The notes under the pieces are model-generated. The model was given only the letters and a program-made list of their open reading frames with translations, was not told the DNA's origin and searched no databases. DNA of 64,000 bases. It comes from Candidatus Multivorans sp. (GTDB lineage Bacteria; Acidobacteriota; Thermoanaerobaculia; Multivoradales; Multivoraceae). Shown in pieces: positions 20,908 through 31,582 of this stretch. Position numbers and translations under genes: made by a program. The stretch covers positions 768,001 through 832,000 of the forward strand of contig OZ245033.1 in NCBI GenBank assembly GCA_965224025.1, read 5' to 3'. Within the stretch, counting starts at the first letter, position 1; each line of letters begins with the position of its first letter.

Positions 20908-23006
20908 TGAAGAAGATCATCCTCTTGTCCGACGGTACCGGACAAGGCGCCGCAAAGCAGCACAAGACGAACGTCTGGCGCCTCCACCGGGCCCTGGACC
21001 TGCACCAGGACCAAAGTAAAGATGACCAGAGCGCTTCCCGCGATGACGGCACCGGTGCCGACGCCGACCAGATCGCCTTCTACGACGACGGCGTTGGCTC
21101 GCAGGCGTTTCTTCCCCTCAAGATTCTCGGCGGCGCGTTCGGCTGGGGCATCAAGTACAACGTCATCGAGCTCTACAAGGCCCTTTGCCGGACGTACGAG
21201 AAGGGGGACAGGATCTACCTGTTCGGCTACAGCCGGGGCGCATTCACGGTCCGCATGCTGGCTGGGTTGATCGCCGACAGGGGCCTTTGCACGGCGGTCG
21301 CCGACGAGAAGGAGTTTCACAAGGCCGCCCGGAAGCAGTTCGAGGCCTACCGCTCCAAGCGCGGCAGGGGACTCCTGACGCGGCCGTTTCGGCGCGGTTT
21401 CGCCGCAAGCGCTCCCGAGTGTGCGACGCGGCCTGAGATCGAGTTCATCGGCGTCTGGGACACGGTCGAAGCGTACGGCTTTCCGATCGATGAGATGTCC
21501 TCGATCTGGGACTGGCTTGTCTACCCCCTCAAGTTCGTCGACAAGAAGTTGTCATGCAAGGTCGTGCGCGCCTGCCACGCCTTGGCGATAGACGAGGAGC
21601 GGCTGTCGTTTCATCCGGTGCTCTTCGAGGAGAAGAAGAAGAAGGAGAAGGAGGAGGAGGAAGAGGAGAAGACGCCGAGAATCGAGCAGGTGTGGTTTGC
21701 CGGCGTTCACAACGACGTTGGCGGTGGCTATCCGGAGGAGGATCTCTCGCTAGTGCCGCTCGACTGGATGATCTACAAGGTCGAAGACCGTGACGAAGGC
21801 TGCGATAAGAACCCGGGCGGCCTTCGCTTCCATGAGCACGTTCGCAGAGGCATTCGGAAGCGCAGCGACTGGCACGGCAAGCAGCACGACAATCGCTCCG
21901 GGCTGGGCGCCTTCTACCGGTACAAGCCGCGCGACATCGAGGACCTCAGCCTGAAGTGTGGAATCACCAGGCCCAAGGTTCACCACGGCGTCCGCGAGCG
22001 CATCAAGCGGAAAGTCACGCCCTATGCGCCGACCTCGCTGCCGCGCGGTTGCGAGGTGGTCTCGACCCGCTCCGAGTTGGACGAGGCTGAGGCGGTTCTC
22101 GAGTTTGGCGAGGGGGCGATGGTGGCGGCTCTGGACACGGTCTTCTGGCGCCGCTGGCTCTACTTCGCGATGCAGTGGGCGACGATTGTGGCCCCGTTCG
22201 TCTTCTACCTCACATCGTGGTGGCGACCCGAGGTCTTCTTGCGGGACGGGCAGGCATGGCTTGTGGCTGCCGCTCTCGGCGGGCTCGTCGTGCTCAAGAA
22301 GACCGCTCCACGGGCCACGTTGGCGCGGGCGGGGCTGGCCTGGGCCGAACTGAAGTACGGCGATGCACCGGACCTCCGGCCGCATCCGAGCCTGACCGGG
22401 CGCTTCAGGAAGTTCCTGAAGGATCGGCCCTGGGTGGAGAAGGTCAGGAGGGGCCTCGTCGTGGCGGTCCTGGTCGCGGGGGCTCTGGGAGTCGTCAGCG
22501 CCGGGCTGAGTCGCGCGTCGTTCTTCGTCCAGTCGTGTTGCGAGTCGTTGTGCCTGCCCACCCAAGAACCGGCGTTGCTGACCGGCGAGGAACCGTTCTC
22601 TTTCTCGATCGACAATCCGTGCCATGCCACCGGATTCAAGTTGGAGCGGGGAACGCACTATCGCTTCGAGGTGGCGCGAACGAAGTGGCATGACGGCAGG
22701 CATCCGGCGACCGCCGACGGCTTCTCTCGCCCGAGGTCTAGCTGGGCGCTCCTGCCGTGGGTCCCCTACCGCCGTCATGTCGCTGAACCGTGGTTGAAGC
22801 TGATGGGCCGGGTGGGCGCCGGAGGAGAAGCGTTCGCGATCGGCTCGGGACCCCTCAGGTACGAAGCGAAGTCGGACGGGGAACTCTTCCTCTATGTGAA
22901 CGACGCCGTTCTCGGCCTGTCGGGAGACGGCCGGACGTTGCCCTACCGCTGGTCAGGGGGCAGGAACGTGGGGACGGCGATCGTCAGGGTCAGGCCCGTG
23001 GAGTGA
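20907..23006 (+). CDS. DUF2235 (Tle1-like) alpha/beta hydrolase with TM segments and a C-terminal beta domain
   Basis: DGT..TNV, YDDGVG, FGYSRGA, GVWDTV, HALAIDE and QVWFAGVH.DVGGG. Confidence 0.9.
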   Translation: MKKIILLSDGTGQGAAKQHKTNVWRLHRALDLHQDQSKDDQSASRDDGTGADADQIAFYDDGVGSQAFLPLKILGGAFGWGIKYNVIELYKALCRTYEKGDRIYLFGYSRGAFTVRMLAGLIADRGLCTAVADEKEFHKAARKQFEAYRSKRGRGLLTRPFRRGFAASAPECATRPEIEFIGVWDTVEAYGFPIDEMSSIWDWLVYPLKFVDKKLSCKVVRACHALAIDEERLSFHPVLFEEKKKKEKEEEEEEKTPRIEQVWFAGVHNDVGGGYPEEDLSLVPLDWMIYKVEDRDEGCDKNPGGLRFHEHVRRGIRKRSDWHGKQHDNRSGLGAFYRYKPRDIEDLSLKCGITRPKVHHGVRERIKRKVTPYAPTSLPRGCEVVSTRSELDEAEAVLEFGEGAMVAALDTVFWRRWLYFAMQWATIVAPFVFYLTSWWRPEVFLRDGQAWLVAAALGGLVVLKKTAPRATLARAGLAWAELKYGDAPDLRPHPSLTGRFRKFLKDRPWVEKVRRGLVVAVLVAGALGVVSAGLSRASFFVQSCCESLCLPTQEPALLTGEEPFSFSIDNPCHATGFKLERGTHYRFEVARTKWHDGRHPATADGFSRPRSSWALLPWVPYRRHVAEPWLKLMGRVGAGGEAFAIGSGPLRYEAKSDGELFLYVNDAVLGLSGDGRTLPYRWSGGRNVGTAIVRVRPVE

Positions 23007-23042
23007 ACGGGGCTGGGTGGATCAGCCGCGAGGTGCTTCCGT

Positions 23043-23369
23043 TCAACTCAGAGCAAGGGCGATGATGCCGCTTGTTGTCAGCGCCATGGCGGCGAGCGTT
23101 GTCGCCGCCATCCACCTGATCGTCCTGAACTCTCGGCGTAGCTTGCGCATCTCGTCGACAGTCTCCCGGTCGATGCCCTCGCGCTGGACCCGTACCTCCT
23201 GCCGTATGGCATGGGCCCGGAGTTCCGCGATGCTCTGGCAGAGGTCGTTGCGGAGGTTCGCCATCTCACGCGTGAGCGAACTCTCCACGAAAGCAAGATC
23301 CCGCTTGGTTGCGGGCACTCTCTGACCAGCGCCCATCATTTCGATCGCTCGCCTTCGCCTGACCTCCAT
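23043..23369 (-). CDS. DUF1640/CCDC90-like coiled-coil protein with C-terminal TM (short or degenerate)
   Basis: ATKRDL..coiled coil..IRWM followed by a hydrophobic tail; paralog of the neighbouring gene. Confidence 0.55.
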   Translation of the reverse strand: MEVRRRRAIEMMGAGQRVPATKRDLAFVESSLTREMANLRNDLCQSIAELRAHAIRQEVRVQREGIDRETVDEMRKLRREFRTIRWMAATTLAAMALTTSGIIALALS

Positions 23370-23539
23370 CGGGCTGCTCCTTCAAGCCTTCGCTTTGCTC
23401 CACCGGGTCACGGTGCAGCGTCAACAGCCGTGTGGGTCGGGGCGGGCCGCACACGATACGGAGGAGGCTATCACCGGTGACCGCGCTTCCGGCTTCGGGT
23501 TCGGGGGAGTCCGTAGCGCCTCAAGTGCCGGGGTTAGGC

Positions 23540-24079
23540 TCAGCGCAGAGCAAGCGCGATAATGCTGCCGACCATCGGCACCATCATTGCGAGCACGGTG
23601 CCGAACATCCACTTGAGCGCCCTCAGCTCGCTCCTCATCTCGGCCCGCAGCCCGTTCATCTCGCCCCGCAGCTCCCCCGTCAGTCCGTCTATCTGCCCCG
23701 CGATCTCCTGACGGAAGCTCTCGAAGCGGTCTCGGACCTCCTGACGTAGGGCCTCCATCGCCTTCTCGAGGGCCTCGATTCGGGCTGTGTTCTTCGCTAC
23801 GGTCGTCGCGAGGTCGCTCAGTTCGGCGCGGACTTCGGCGATGTCCTGCTTGAGTTCGGTTCGCACATCGGCGATGTCCTGTTTCAGCGCGCCTTCGAAC
23901 GCGGCGATGTCCTGTTTCAGCGCGCCTTGGGCCGTAACGACATCCTGCTTCGTCGCCAGCGCTTCGTGACTGTCGCTGATCATGTGGAGAAGTGCCTCTG
24001 CCTGCGCCCGGTCGAAGCCGGCTTCTTCAAGCCGTCGTCTTGAACCTTCGGCTTGGGATTCTACCGCGTAGCGTTCCAT
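23540..24079 (-). CDS. DUF1640/CCDC90-like coiled-coil protein
   Basis: RLEEAGF..AQAEAL..LATKQD, LKQDIA repeats and LKWM plus a TM anchor. Confidence 0.8.
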   Translation of the reverse strand: MERYAVESQAEGSRRRLEEAGFDRAQAEALLHMISDSHEALATKQDVVTAQGALKQDIAAFEGALKQDIADVRTELKQDIAEVRAELSDLATTVAKNTARIEALEKAMEALRQEVRDRFESFRQEIAGQIDGLTGELRGEMNGLRAEMRSELRALKWMFGTVLAMMVPMVGSIIALALR

Positions 24080-24234
24080 TCCTGACTCTCCTTGACGATT
24101 GTGTCCCGTGAGCCGTGTGCGGCGAGCTCTCGGGACCGGTTCGGCGTCGGGCCTGCGCGCACTGGGGGCAGTGACAGGCCTGTCTGTGGACCAAGACGGA
24201 TTTCGCGCGCGCGAGCCGGGTAGCCGAAGGCCGC

Positions 24235-25248
24235 CTACTCGAATTCTCGATCCTCTTTGCGAACGCGCCGCCCCGCCGGGGTCAGGCGATAGCGCTGGTT
24301 CCTCGCGCTCGGAGCATCGGGCCGCGTCATCTCGATCAGGCCTGCCTGCAGTGCGGGCCTGAGGTATCCCTGGCGCAGCCACTTCCGGTCGCGCAGGCGC
24401 AAGGCAGCAAGCACTTCGCGCGTGGACATCTCTCCCGTCATTGCCTGCAGGAGCCGCTGGACCTGGGGGGTAACCTGGGGGGTTCGTTGGGGGGTGGCCT
24501 CCCGCGCGGCGCCAAGGATCGCTTCCAGCATGAAGCGTATGAACGGCGTGCTCTCGCCCGCCTCGGAACTTCGCTCGATCGCCTCGTAGTAATCGCTTTG
24601 GCGGGAGCGGACAACGCTCTCAACCGGAACATGGGCAAACAGCGGCTTCCAGCGCGTGAGGATCAGCGTCTGCCAGAGACGCCCAAGCCGGCCATTGCCG
24701 TCTTCGAACGGATGGATGAACTCGAACTCGTAGTGGAAGACCGAACTTGCGATCAGCGGATGCTCCCGCGTCCCACCCAACCAGGCGAGGAGCTCCGCCG
24801 TCAGGCGTGGCACTCGTTTGGCGGGTGGGCCGATGTGATGGACCTCGTTGGGGCCGAGCACGCCGACCTGGCCGGTGCGGTAGCGGCCCGGCGCATCCAG
24901 GAGGCCGGCCATCAACACCTGGTGGGCCGCCAGCAGATCGTCCTCGCTCGACGGTTCCCAGCCGTCGCTCAGGTCGTAGGCCGAGATCGCGTTGCGCACT
25001 TCCTGAACATCCCTGAGTGGTCCGACAACGCGCCTGCCCTCGAGGATTGCCGAGACCTGCTCCTCGGACAGGGCGTTGCCTTCGATGGCGACGGAACCGT
25101 GAACCGTACGAACGCGGGCCTCGCGCCGCAGTCTGAAGTCCATACCGGGACTGGCGGCTTCGGCCTGGCCGATCGCCTCGCCGATCCGTTCCACCAGAGA
25201 AAGGCTCTCGGGCGTGATCGAGTAGGGCGGCGTCGCGGCTGCGGTCAT
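24235..25248 (-). CDS. Fic-family protein with C-terminal winged HTH
   Basis: HPFEDGNGRLGR, SVAIEGN and C-terminal YLRPAL..GLIE..P..PS..QRYRLT. Confidence 0.92.
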   Translation of the reverse strand: MTAAATPPYSITPESLSLVERIGEAIGQAEAASPGMDFRLRREARVRTVHGSVAIEGNALSEEQVSAILEGRRVVGPLRDVQEVRNAISAYDLSDGWEPSSEDDLLAAHQVLMAGLLDAPGRYRTGQVGVLGPNEVHHIGPPAKRVPRLTAELLAWLGGTREHPLIASSVFHYEFEFIHPFEDGNGRLGRLWQTLILTRWKPLFAHVPVESVVRSRQSDYYEAIERSSEAGESTPFIRFMLEAILGAAREATPQRTPQVTPQVQRLLQAMTGEMSTREVLAALRLRDRKWLRQGYLRPALQAGLIEMTRPDAPSARNQRYRLTPAGRRVRKEDREFE

Positions 25249-25273
25249 GTCCGGGACTCTTGCACAGGCCGGG

Positions 25274-26635
25274 CTAGCGCTCGCCGAGGGGCGGGAACAT
25301 GGACGGCGGCCGGTCGACGTCGATTCGCCCGATGTTCGCCCACGGCACGTACTCGGCGCTCTCACCGCCACCGGTGAAAACAAGCATGCCGGCGTTCGTC
25401 GCGCCGAGATCGCCGGTGCACTCGAGTTGCAGGATCTCGCCGTTGTGGAGCGTTACTCCGGCGCGTCGTCCGGCGGCGCACGCCTCACGGTCGAGAGGCG
25501 CAATCGAGGCGACCAGGCCGAAGGGGATCATGTAGTCCACGCCGCCGGATGGCGCGTCGAGCGTCTCGGTCGTTTCGCTCTCGTCGAGGTCGAAGGCCAG
25601 CCGGCCGGCAAGGCGGCGACCGTCGTGGGTGGTGACGGTGCCTGAGAGCGGCAGCCCGGGCGGGAAATCGTCGTAGCCGGGTCCGGTGCCGGCGGGGCTG
25701 AAGTCGAGGCGCTCGAAGGCCTCCCAGGAGACCAGCACCCGGCCGTAGCGCCGGTCGTCGACGTAGACGCCGCGATTGCCGCGCCCGACGGCGCGGGAGC
25801 CGGAGAGCACGAACTCGCGGCCGTCGTGCAGGGTCACCAGCGCGCTGTCGGCCGACCCCCGCGCAATGGTGCGAATTGCGTCGAACGGCAGACTGAGCTC
25901 GCCGCCGGCGGTCCGGCCCTGAAGCTCGTCGGCGCCGACGCTGGACTGCCGGTCCCACTGGATGAAGCCGGTGAAGCTCCCGTATGCGGTGCGTACCGTG
26001 CCGTGCAGCCGGTCCGGAACCGTCCCCAGGTCGGCGGTCGGGAGGAGCTCGATGACGCGGATCCGACGTTCGCCGAGGTCCACGACGCCGTGCTGGTCGT
26101 CCCACACGCGGACACCGTCGGCGAAGTCGTCGGCATCGAAGCGGTCGAGGACGAACTCGGTCCCGCTCTTGAGCGTCACCACGAGCTCGCGTCCGCTCGG
26201 CTCGATCCGTCTGATGTCGCCGAAGCGCGCCATGAACGGCCGGCCGAGGTTGAGCCGGCTCTTGCGCCGGGCGATCTCGACGCCGAGGACGGTGACCGGC
26301 CGGCTCTCAGTCAACCGCTCGGGCGGCACGTCCCCGGCCCAGGGGTTCTCCTCCTTGAAACCGTTGAAGTAGTCGCCCCAGAACGCCTCCTCGTCGCCGC
26401 CGAAGCGCAGTCTGCCTTCGCAGGCGGTGCCGCCGTGCGTCTTGACGCGTCCGTAGAGAAAGCCCTTGTCGGCGTCCGCGGCCGGCGGGTTCGGGCGGGG
26501 AATCGCGGGCGAGACGGTGACGTCAACGTTGACGTCCACGTCTCGCAGCAGACGGGCCGCGACGAGGCCGAGAGCCGCGAGAACGGCGAACAGCAAGAGC
26601 GCGGCGGTACCCCCTGCGATTCCGGCTCTCGTCAT
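25274..26635 (-). CDS. Hypothetical exported protein with internal beta repeats
   Basis: N-terminal TM; repeated LxGTVxT..G...G.L..D..E units. Confidence 0.75.
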   Translation of the reverse strand: MTRAGIAGGTAALLLFAVLAALGLVAARLLRDVDVNVDVTVSPAIPRPNPPAADADKGFLYGRVKTHGGTACEGRLRFGGDEEAFWGDYFNGFKEENPWAGDVPPERLTESRPVTVLGVEIARRKSRLNLGRPFMARFGDIRRIEPSGRELVVTLKSGTEFVLDRFDADDFADGVRVWDDQHGVVDLGERRIRVIELLPTADLGTVPDRLHGTVRTAYGSFTGFIQWDRQSSVGADELQGRTAGGELSLPFDAIRTIARGSADSALVTLHDGREFVLSGSRAVGRGNRGVYVDDRRYGRVLVSWEAFERLDFSPAGTGPGYDDFPPGLPLSGTVTTHDGRRLAGRLAFDLDESETTETLDAPSGGVDYMIPFGLVASIAPLDREACAAGRRAGVTLHNGEILQLECTGDLGATNAGMLVFTGGGESAEYVPWANIGRIDVDRPPSMFPPLGER

Positions 26636-26700
26636 TGCCTGTACATTCTCTTCGAACTGACGGGAAGGCTGCTCCGGCCGCCTCGCCCTCCGAACCGCGC

Positions 26701-27769
26701 ATGAACCTCGATCAGGCCAACGCTCTCCGGTGGACTGCCGCCACCCGCGGCTACTACGAGGTCTACTACCTGACCCTCAACGACCTGGTGAGCGAGACGG
26801 GCTACTGGATTCGATACGTCGTCCAGGCGCCCGAGGTTACAGATCGCTGCGCCGATCTGGAACTCTGGTTCACCTTCTTCGATCGCGGGAATCCCGAGAG
26901 GAGTTTCGGCGTGTTCGAGCGCCGTCCCGTGACGACGCTCGAGTCTAAGGTTGCGCCCTTTCGTTTGGGCCTTCGATGGCGGCCTGGTTGAGGGGTGCCG
27001 CTTCGCGCCGGCGGAGTTGCGCAACGGGCTGGCCCGGGGCGGGATCGGTCAAGGTGGCCGGCGAGTTCGATGGCATCTCGAGTGGCCAGCGGATTCCGAA
27101 CTCATCCTGCCCTTTCCCGAAGCGCTCTACAGCTCGGGTGACGTGCCCGGAGCGATGCTCTACCCGTACCCGGCGGCGCATTTCACCGGGACGATCGAGA
27201 TCGGGGACCGCCGACTGGTGATCGCGGACGCGCCGGGTCAGCAGAGCCACATCTGGGGCCGGAAGCACCCGGCCCACTGGCTGTGGGCGCACTGCAACCG
27301 CTTCGACGACGATCCGGCGGGCTACCTGGAGGTTTCGTGTATCCCGGAGTCCTCCGACGGACCGCCTCCCGTCCACATGTTGATCGCCTGCCTCCATGGC
27401 CGCGAAGTCCGGCTGATCTCGCCGCTTGACGGTTCGGTGGCTCCGAGCGAATCGGCTCCGGGCCGGTGGCGCTTCTCAGCCCAATCGGAACGCGAACGGG
27501 TCGAACTCGAAGTGACCTGCCCGCCGGATCTGATCCTCGAAGCGCCGTACACAGACCCGGACGGGTCGAGTTGCTTCTGCCTGCACAGCGACCTGGCGAG
27601 TTGCCGGCTGCGGCTCTTCGAACGTGTTGCCGCGGAGGGAGACGACCGAGAGTCGGAGTGGGAGAATGTCGGAGAACTGAACAGCGACGGCTGTTGCCAC
27701 GTGGAGTGGGGAGACTGGCATGAGCATCCCGAGATCGAAGGGCGCATCGAGCGTGTCGGTCCGGTCTGA
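26701..27769 (+). pseudogene. Tocopherol-cyclase-like/lipocalin-fold protein, frameshifted near 26970
   Basis: YYEVYYLT..YWIRY in one frame and GQQSHIWGRKH..WLWAHCN..YTDPDG in another. Confidence 0.6.
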
Positions 27770-28784
27770 GCGCGGGCGGGCTGCTCGGCTTGCTTCCGGC
27801 GCCTTGGCGCCGGTGCTGGCCGTCCTTCTCGCCTGCGCGCCTCTCGGCCCGGGCGCGGTCGATTCGGCGGCTTCCGGCGCGGCTCTGACCGTCGCCGAGA
27901 CGCCCTCTTCGGCACAGACCGCGGGCGGCGAGTTCATCTCCTGGCGGGAGCATCGCATCGACGACGAGGTGTCCCTGTTCAGGATCGACGGCGATCCCCT
28001 GGTCGATTCGAGCTGGACCGAGACGGTGCTGGCGACGGTCACCGTGCCGATGAACTCGCGGCCGGTCGACCTGGACGGCGACGGCGACCTGGACATCCTC
28101 GCGGGCAGCCGGTCGGAAGCGAGGATCTTCTGGCTGGAGAACCTGCTGGAGGAAGGTGAGCTCGCCTTCGAGGAGCACCCGATCGAGGTCACGGGTAGAA
28201 CCGAGCCCTGGCAGCGCGGTCCGCGGCGGCTCACCGGCATGAACGTCGAGTTCGCCGACCTGAACCACGACGGCCGGCTCGACATGGTCCTCCAGGAAAC
28301 GCCGGTGCTCAACGTCTGGCTCGAGCAGCCGGCCGACCCGGTGGCGGAACCGTGGACGATCCATCCGATCGGGGACACGGCGCCGGACAATCCCACCGGC
28401 CTCGCGCTCTTCGACATCGATGAAGACGGCGACCTCGACCTCTGGAGCGGCGCCTACAGCTCGAGGCCGCGCGACCGCGACGGCGAGGACAAGACCGCCG
28501 CCAGCGTCTCCGGCCGCCTGGGATGGTTCGCGAATCCCGGCGATCCGACGGGCGAGTGGATCCGGCACGACGTCTCCCGCCGCGTGCGCGGCATGTTCGA
28601 CGAGTTCATCGTCCTCGACATGGACCAGGACGGAGACAGCGACCTGGTGGCCACCCGCGGCAATAGCGGCCACTACGACGGCGTCTTCTGGCTCGAACAG
28701 GTCCGCACGGCAGAGCCCCAGCGGGCCTTTTCCCCGGCCCGCGAATCCGAGAGCCGACACCTGCCGCTGCCGCCGGGCGACTGA
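27720..28784 (+). CDS. FG-GAP/VCBS repeat protein, internally deleted paralog of 4476-5984
   Basis: Shares ISWREH.IDD and GVFWLEQVRTAEP with the first copy but lacks the central repeats. The start is uncertain. Confidence 0.75.
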   Translation: MSIPRSKGASSVSVRSERGRAARLASGALAPVLAVLLACAPLGPGAVDSAASGAALTVAETPSSAQTAGGEFISWREHRIDDEVSLFRIDGDPLVDSSWTETVLATVTVPMNSRPVDLDGDGDLDILAGSRSEARIFWLENLLEEGELAFEEHPIEVTGRTEPWQRGPRRLTGMNVEFADLNHDGRLDMVLQETPVLNVWLEQPADPVAEPWTIHPIGDTAPDNPTGLALFDIDEDGDLDLWSGAYSSRPRDRDGEDKTAASVSGRLGWFANPGDPTGEWIRHDVSRRVRGMFDEFIVLDMDQDGDSDLVATRGNSGHYDGVFWLEQVRTAEPQRAFSPARESESRHLPLPPGD

Positions 28785-28821
28785 GGCTCGCGGCCGTCGC
28801 CGCTGGCGGTGCGGCTGGGCC

Positions 28822-31218
28822 TCAGGCCATGTGGTCCGTTGTTCCAGTCTTGACGGCCATCCAGGCAATAAGGTGGACCTCTTCCTCCTCGACGGCAGGT
28901 AAGAGTCGGACCGGCTCGGGCGGTTGGAGGCCCAGGTCTTTCGCGAGATCCCGGAGCCGCTCGACCTGTACCGTCCTGGGCTCGTCTGTGTTCAGAATCC
29001 CGCGCACGTCGCGTTGCACGCGGGCCGATGGCACGGTGTTGAAACAGGCGATCAACTTGGCCAGTTCGTTGACGCCAAGAACCTCGTCGCCATGGCGATG
29101 TAGTAGTTCCGAGGCATCGCGGAATGCCTTCGGAACGTCCGGTTGAAGGTTGGCCGGGTCCGTGAGTCGCATCCATTGGTTCCAGGCATGCCTGCGCGCG
29201 ATGTCCCAAGCGTCGAACGCGCCTTCGTACATCGCGCGACTCAGTTCGCGCTCAGTGTCCTCATGCACTGGGTCGGCCGCAATCAGCGCCTGCAGGGTGT
29301 CGGCCCCAATGACCGGTTCGCCGGCGGTGTTCCTAAGTGGTCGCCACTTTTCGTCGACGGGAACGTACCGGAAGTGTGGATCGCGCCGGCAGACTTCGCA
29401 ATCGGGTTCGAGGCAGGCCCGGCCACCTCGCGATTCCTCCGAACCGTTGGCGGCGCCGCGGAAGCAGTGGCCGACACGGATGCAGAAGACATAGCCCGAC
29501 TGGTTGCATGCCGAGTTGACGAATCCCGAGCCGGAAGCGAACGGCAACTGTAGAACCCCGGCGCGATCCGCGCCCGGTTGCATCGCCTGCCGGAGGCGGT
29601 GCCGGTACTCCTCGCCGGAGAGCGCCCTGTGCTGGCCTCCCCGCTCCAGGATCCCCGTGTCCTCGGCGTGCAGTTCCATGATCTGTCGACGCGTATCGGT
29701 GAACACCTGACCCTCGCCTGCATCGAAGCCGGGCAGCACCGGCCCCGTACCGACAGCGGCGTCGGCCATGGCGAGCTTACGGTGCAGGCGCTGCTCAAGG
29801 TCGAGGAGTTCCTCCAGTCTGCGGGCTGGGAAGAAGCAATCAAGGACGATTCGCCTGTGCGGCGATCCGATCCGGTCGATTCGGCCGTGACGCTGCACGA
29901 CTCGCATCGGATTCCATGGCAGGTCGTAGTTCACGACCCGTCCGGCCTGCTGGAGGTTGACGCCCTCGGAGAGGACATCGGTTGTGAAGAGCAGGTCGTA
30001 GAGGTTGTCGCTGTAGGGCGTGCCGGCCGTCTCTGGCGCGAAGCCGGCGAGGACGCGGGCGCGGTTCTTCTGATCGATCCCCGTCTTCGAACCGTGGATC
30101 GGGTGGGTGGGAAGGCGGTTCCTGTAGTCGGACAGAGGATCGTCGTCAGCAGCCGCGGCGATTGCCAGCCTCACCCTGCGTTGCAGGTCCTGAACCGTGG
30201 CGACGAAGCTCGAGAATACGATTGTCTTGCGGCGGTCGGAGTCGCTGAGACCGTGCGAACTGGTCGAGCGATCTCGCGGAGTCTGCCGATGAGCTGATCT
30301 GCCTTGGGATCCGTCTCCTTGTCTACTGCGGCCGTCGCAAGGGCCTGCAGGTGCCCAAGAAGGAGGAGGTCAGCCTCGACATCGGCGGTCAGATCCTCGA
30401 TCCCGTAGTCCGCCGCCGGCGCGGCCCCCGACTGCGACCGTTCGTTGAGCCGTTCGAGATGAGATTCCAGGTCCTCGGCATCCGAGGCGACCCATTCCTT
30501 GAGTGCATCGCCGACCAGGACCCAGCCGCTCTGAAGGGCCGAAAGAAAGGCCTCGTGCGACCGGACCAGCGTGTTCAGGGTTGACAGGAGCGCCGCTGGG
30601 GACGACTCCAGGCACTTCAGCAAGGCGGAACGGAGAAGTCCTGCATTCGCGAGCTGGTACTGGTGGTCTCGTGCTGGACCGAGACGATAGGCGTCTGGAG
30701 TGTAGCGGGCCAGGATGAGGCGCTCGGGATCGCTTGCGCGGAAGTCGCCCTCGTCCGGTTCCTCGAGCGCGTGGATCACTGCGGCCAGCAGCGCATCGCC
30801 GACGGGGTCCAGCTCGTAGCCGAGGCGTTGAAGCTTGGGCGTGGGGAAACGGATCGTCTGCTCGGTACCGTCCGGCCCGGGAATGCGGTCGTTCGTGTAG
30901 TACTCCCGCACGAAGCGACGTGTGCGGCGCACGGCGACGCGGTCGAGAAGGTCGAACAGGTGCTCGGGCGAGAGCGACTCGGGGTCCAGCCGCTCGGCGT
31001 CCGCAACGTACTTGCGGATCGACGGAATGCCCGCGTCGGCGAAGAACGCGTCGTTGCGTATGAAGAGCGAAACCAGCGCGTGTAAGTCGCCAAGGCTGTT
31101 GTTGACGGGAGTCGCGGTTAGCAGGATGACCTGCTTGGGATGAGCGCCACCTACCAGGGCGGCCACTGTTTCGGTGCGTTGCGCTTGGGGATTGCGGAGG
31201 TTGTGGGCTTCGTCAATC
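28822..31218 (-). pseudogene. SNF2-like helicase (DrmD/RM-associated type), truncated by IS3 and frameshifted
   Basis: IDEAHNLRN, LLTATPVNN, TDVLSEGVNLQ and QRHGRIDRIG. Split near 30170-30250; Walker A is missing. Confidence 0.85.
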
Positions 31219-31273
31219 TGAGGTTGCCCCGGTTTCGTGGACACTACATCCTTGGAGGAGGAGATATCCCACG

Positions 31274-31582
31274 ATGTCGAGAAAGAGGAGTCGGTACCCG
31301 GCAGAGTACCGGCAACAGATGGTGGATCTGGTCCGGTCCGGGCGCAGCCCGGACCAACTAGCCCGCGAGTTCGAGCCTTCAGCACAGTCGATCCGTAACT
31401 GGGTGGCCCAGGCGGACCGCGACGAAGGTCGCCGCCAGGACGGCACTACGACGGCGTAGCGCCAGGAGTTGCGCCGTCTGCGCCGAGAGGTACGCCGGTT
31501 GCGCGAGGAGCGGGAGATCCTGGCAAAAGCAACGGCCTGGTTCGCTCGGGAGACGGGCCCGAAGGGGTCTTCAAGTTCATGA
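31274..31582 (+). pseudogene. IS3 transposase OrfA with in-frame TAG (31457-31459)
   Basis: HTH YPAEYRQQMV..IRNWV. The leucine zipper ELRRLRRE..EREILAKA continues past the stop. Confidence 0.85.

Noticed and set aside
21625-21672. GAG/AAG purine tract in the DUF2235 gene
   Set aside because: It encodes an in-frame Lys/Glu linker and is not a clean contingency repeat.
13849-23006. Integron (integrase divergent from a gene array)
   Set aside because: The recombinase is Cre-like rather than IntI-like, and I found no repeated attC-like hairpins between the cargo genes.
24165-25080. Distal switch-1 sites (CAGGCC near 24175, CAGGGC near 25068)
   Set aside because: The arm matches are poor and one lies inside the Fic CDS, so they are consistent with chance.
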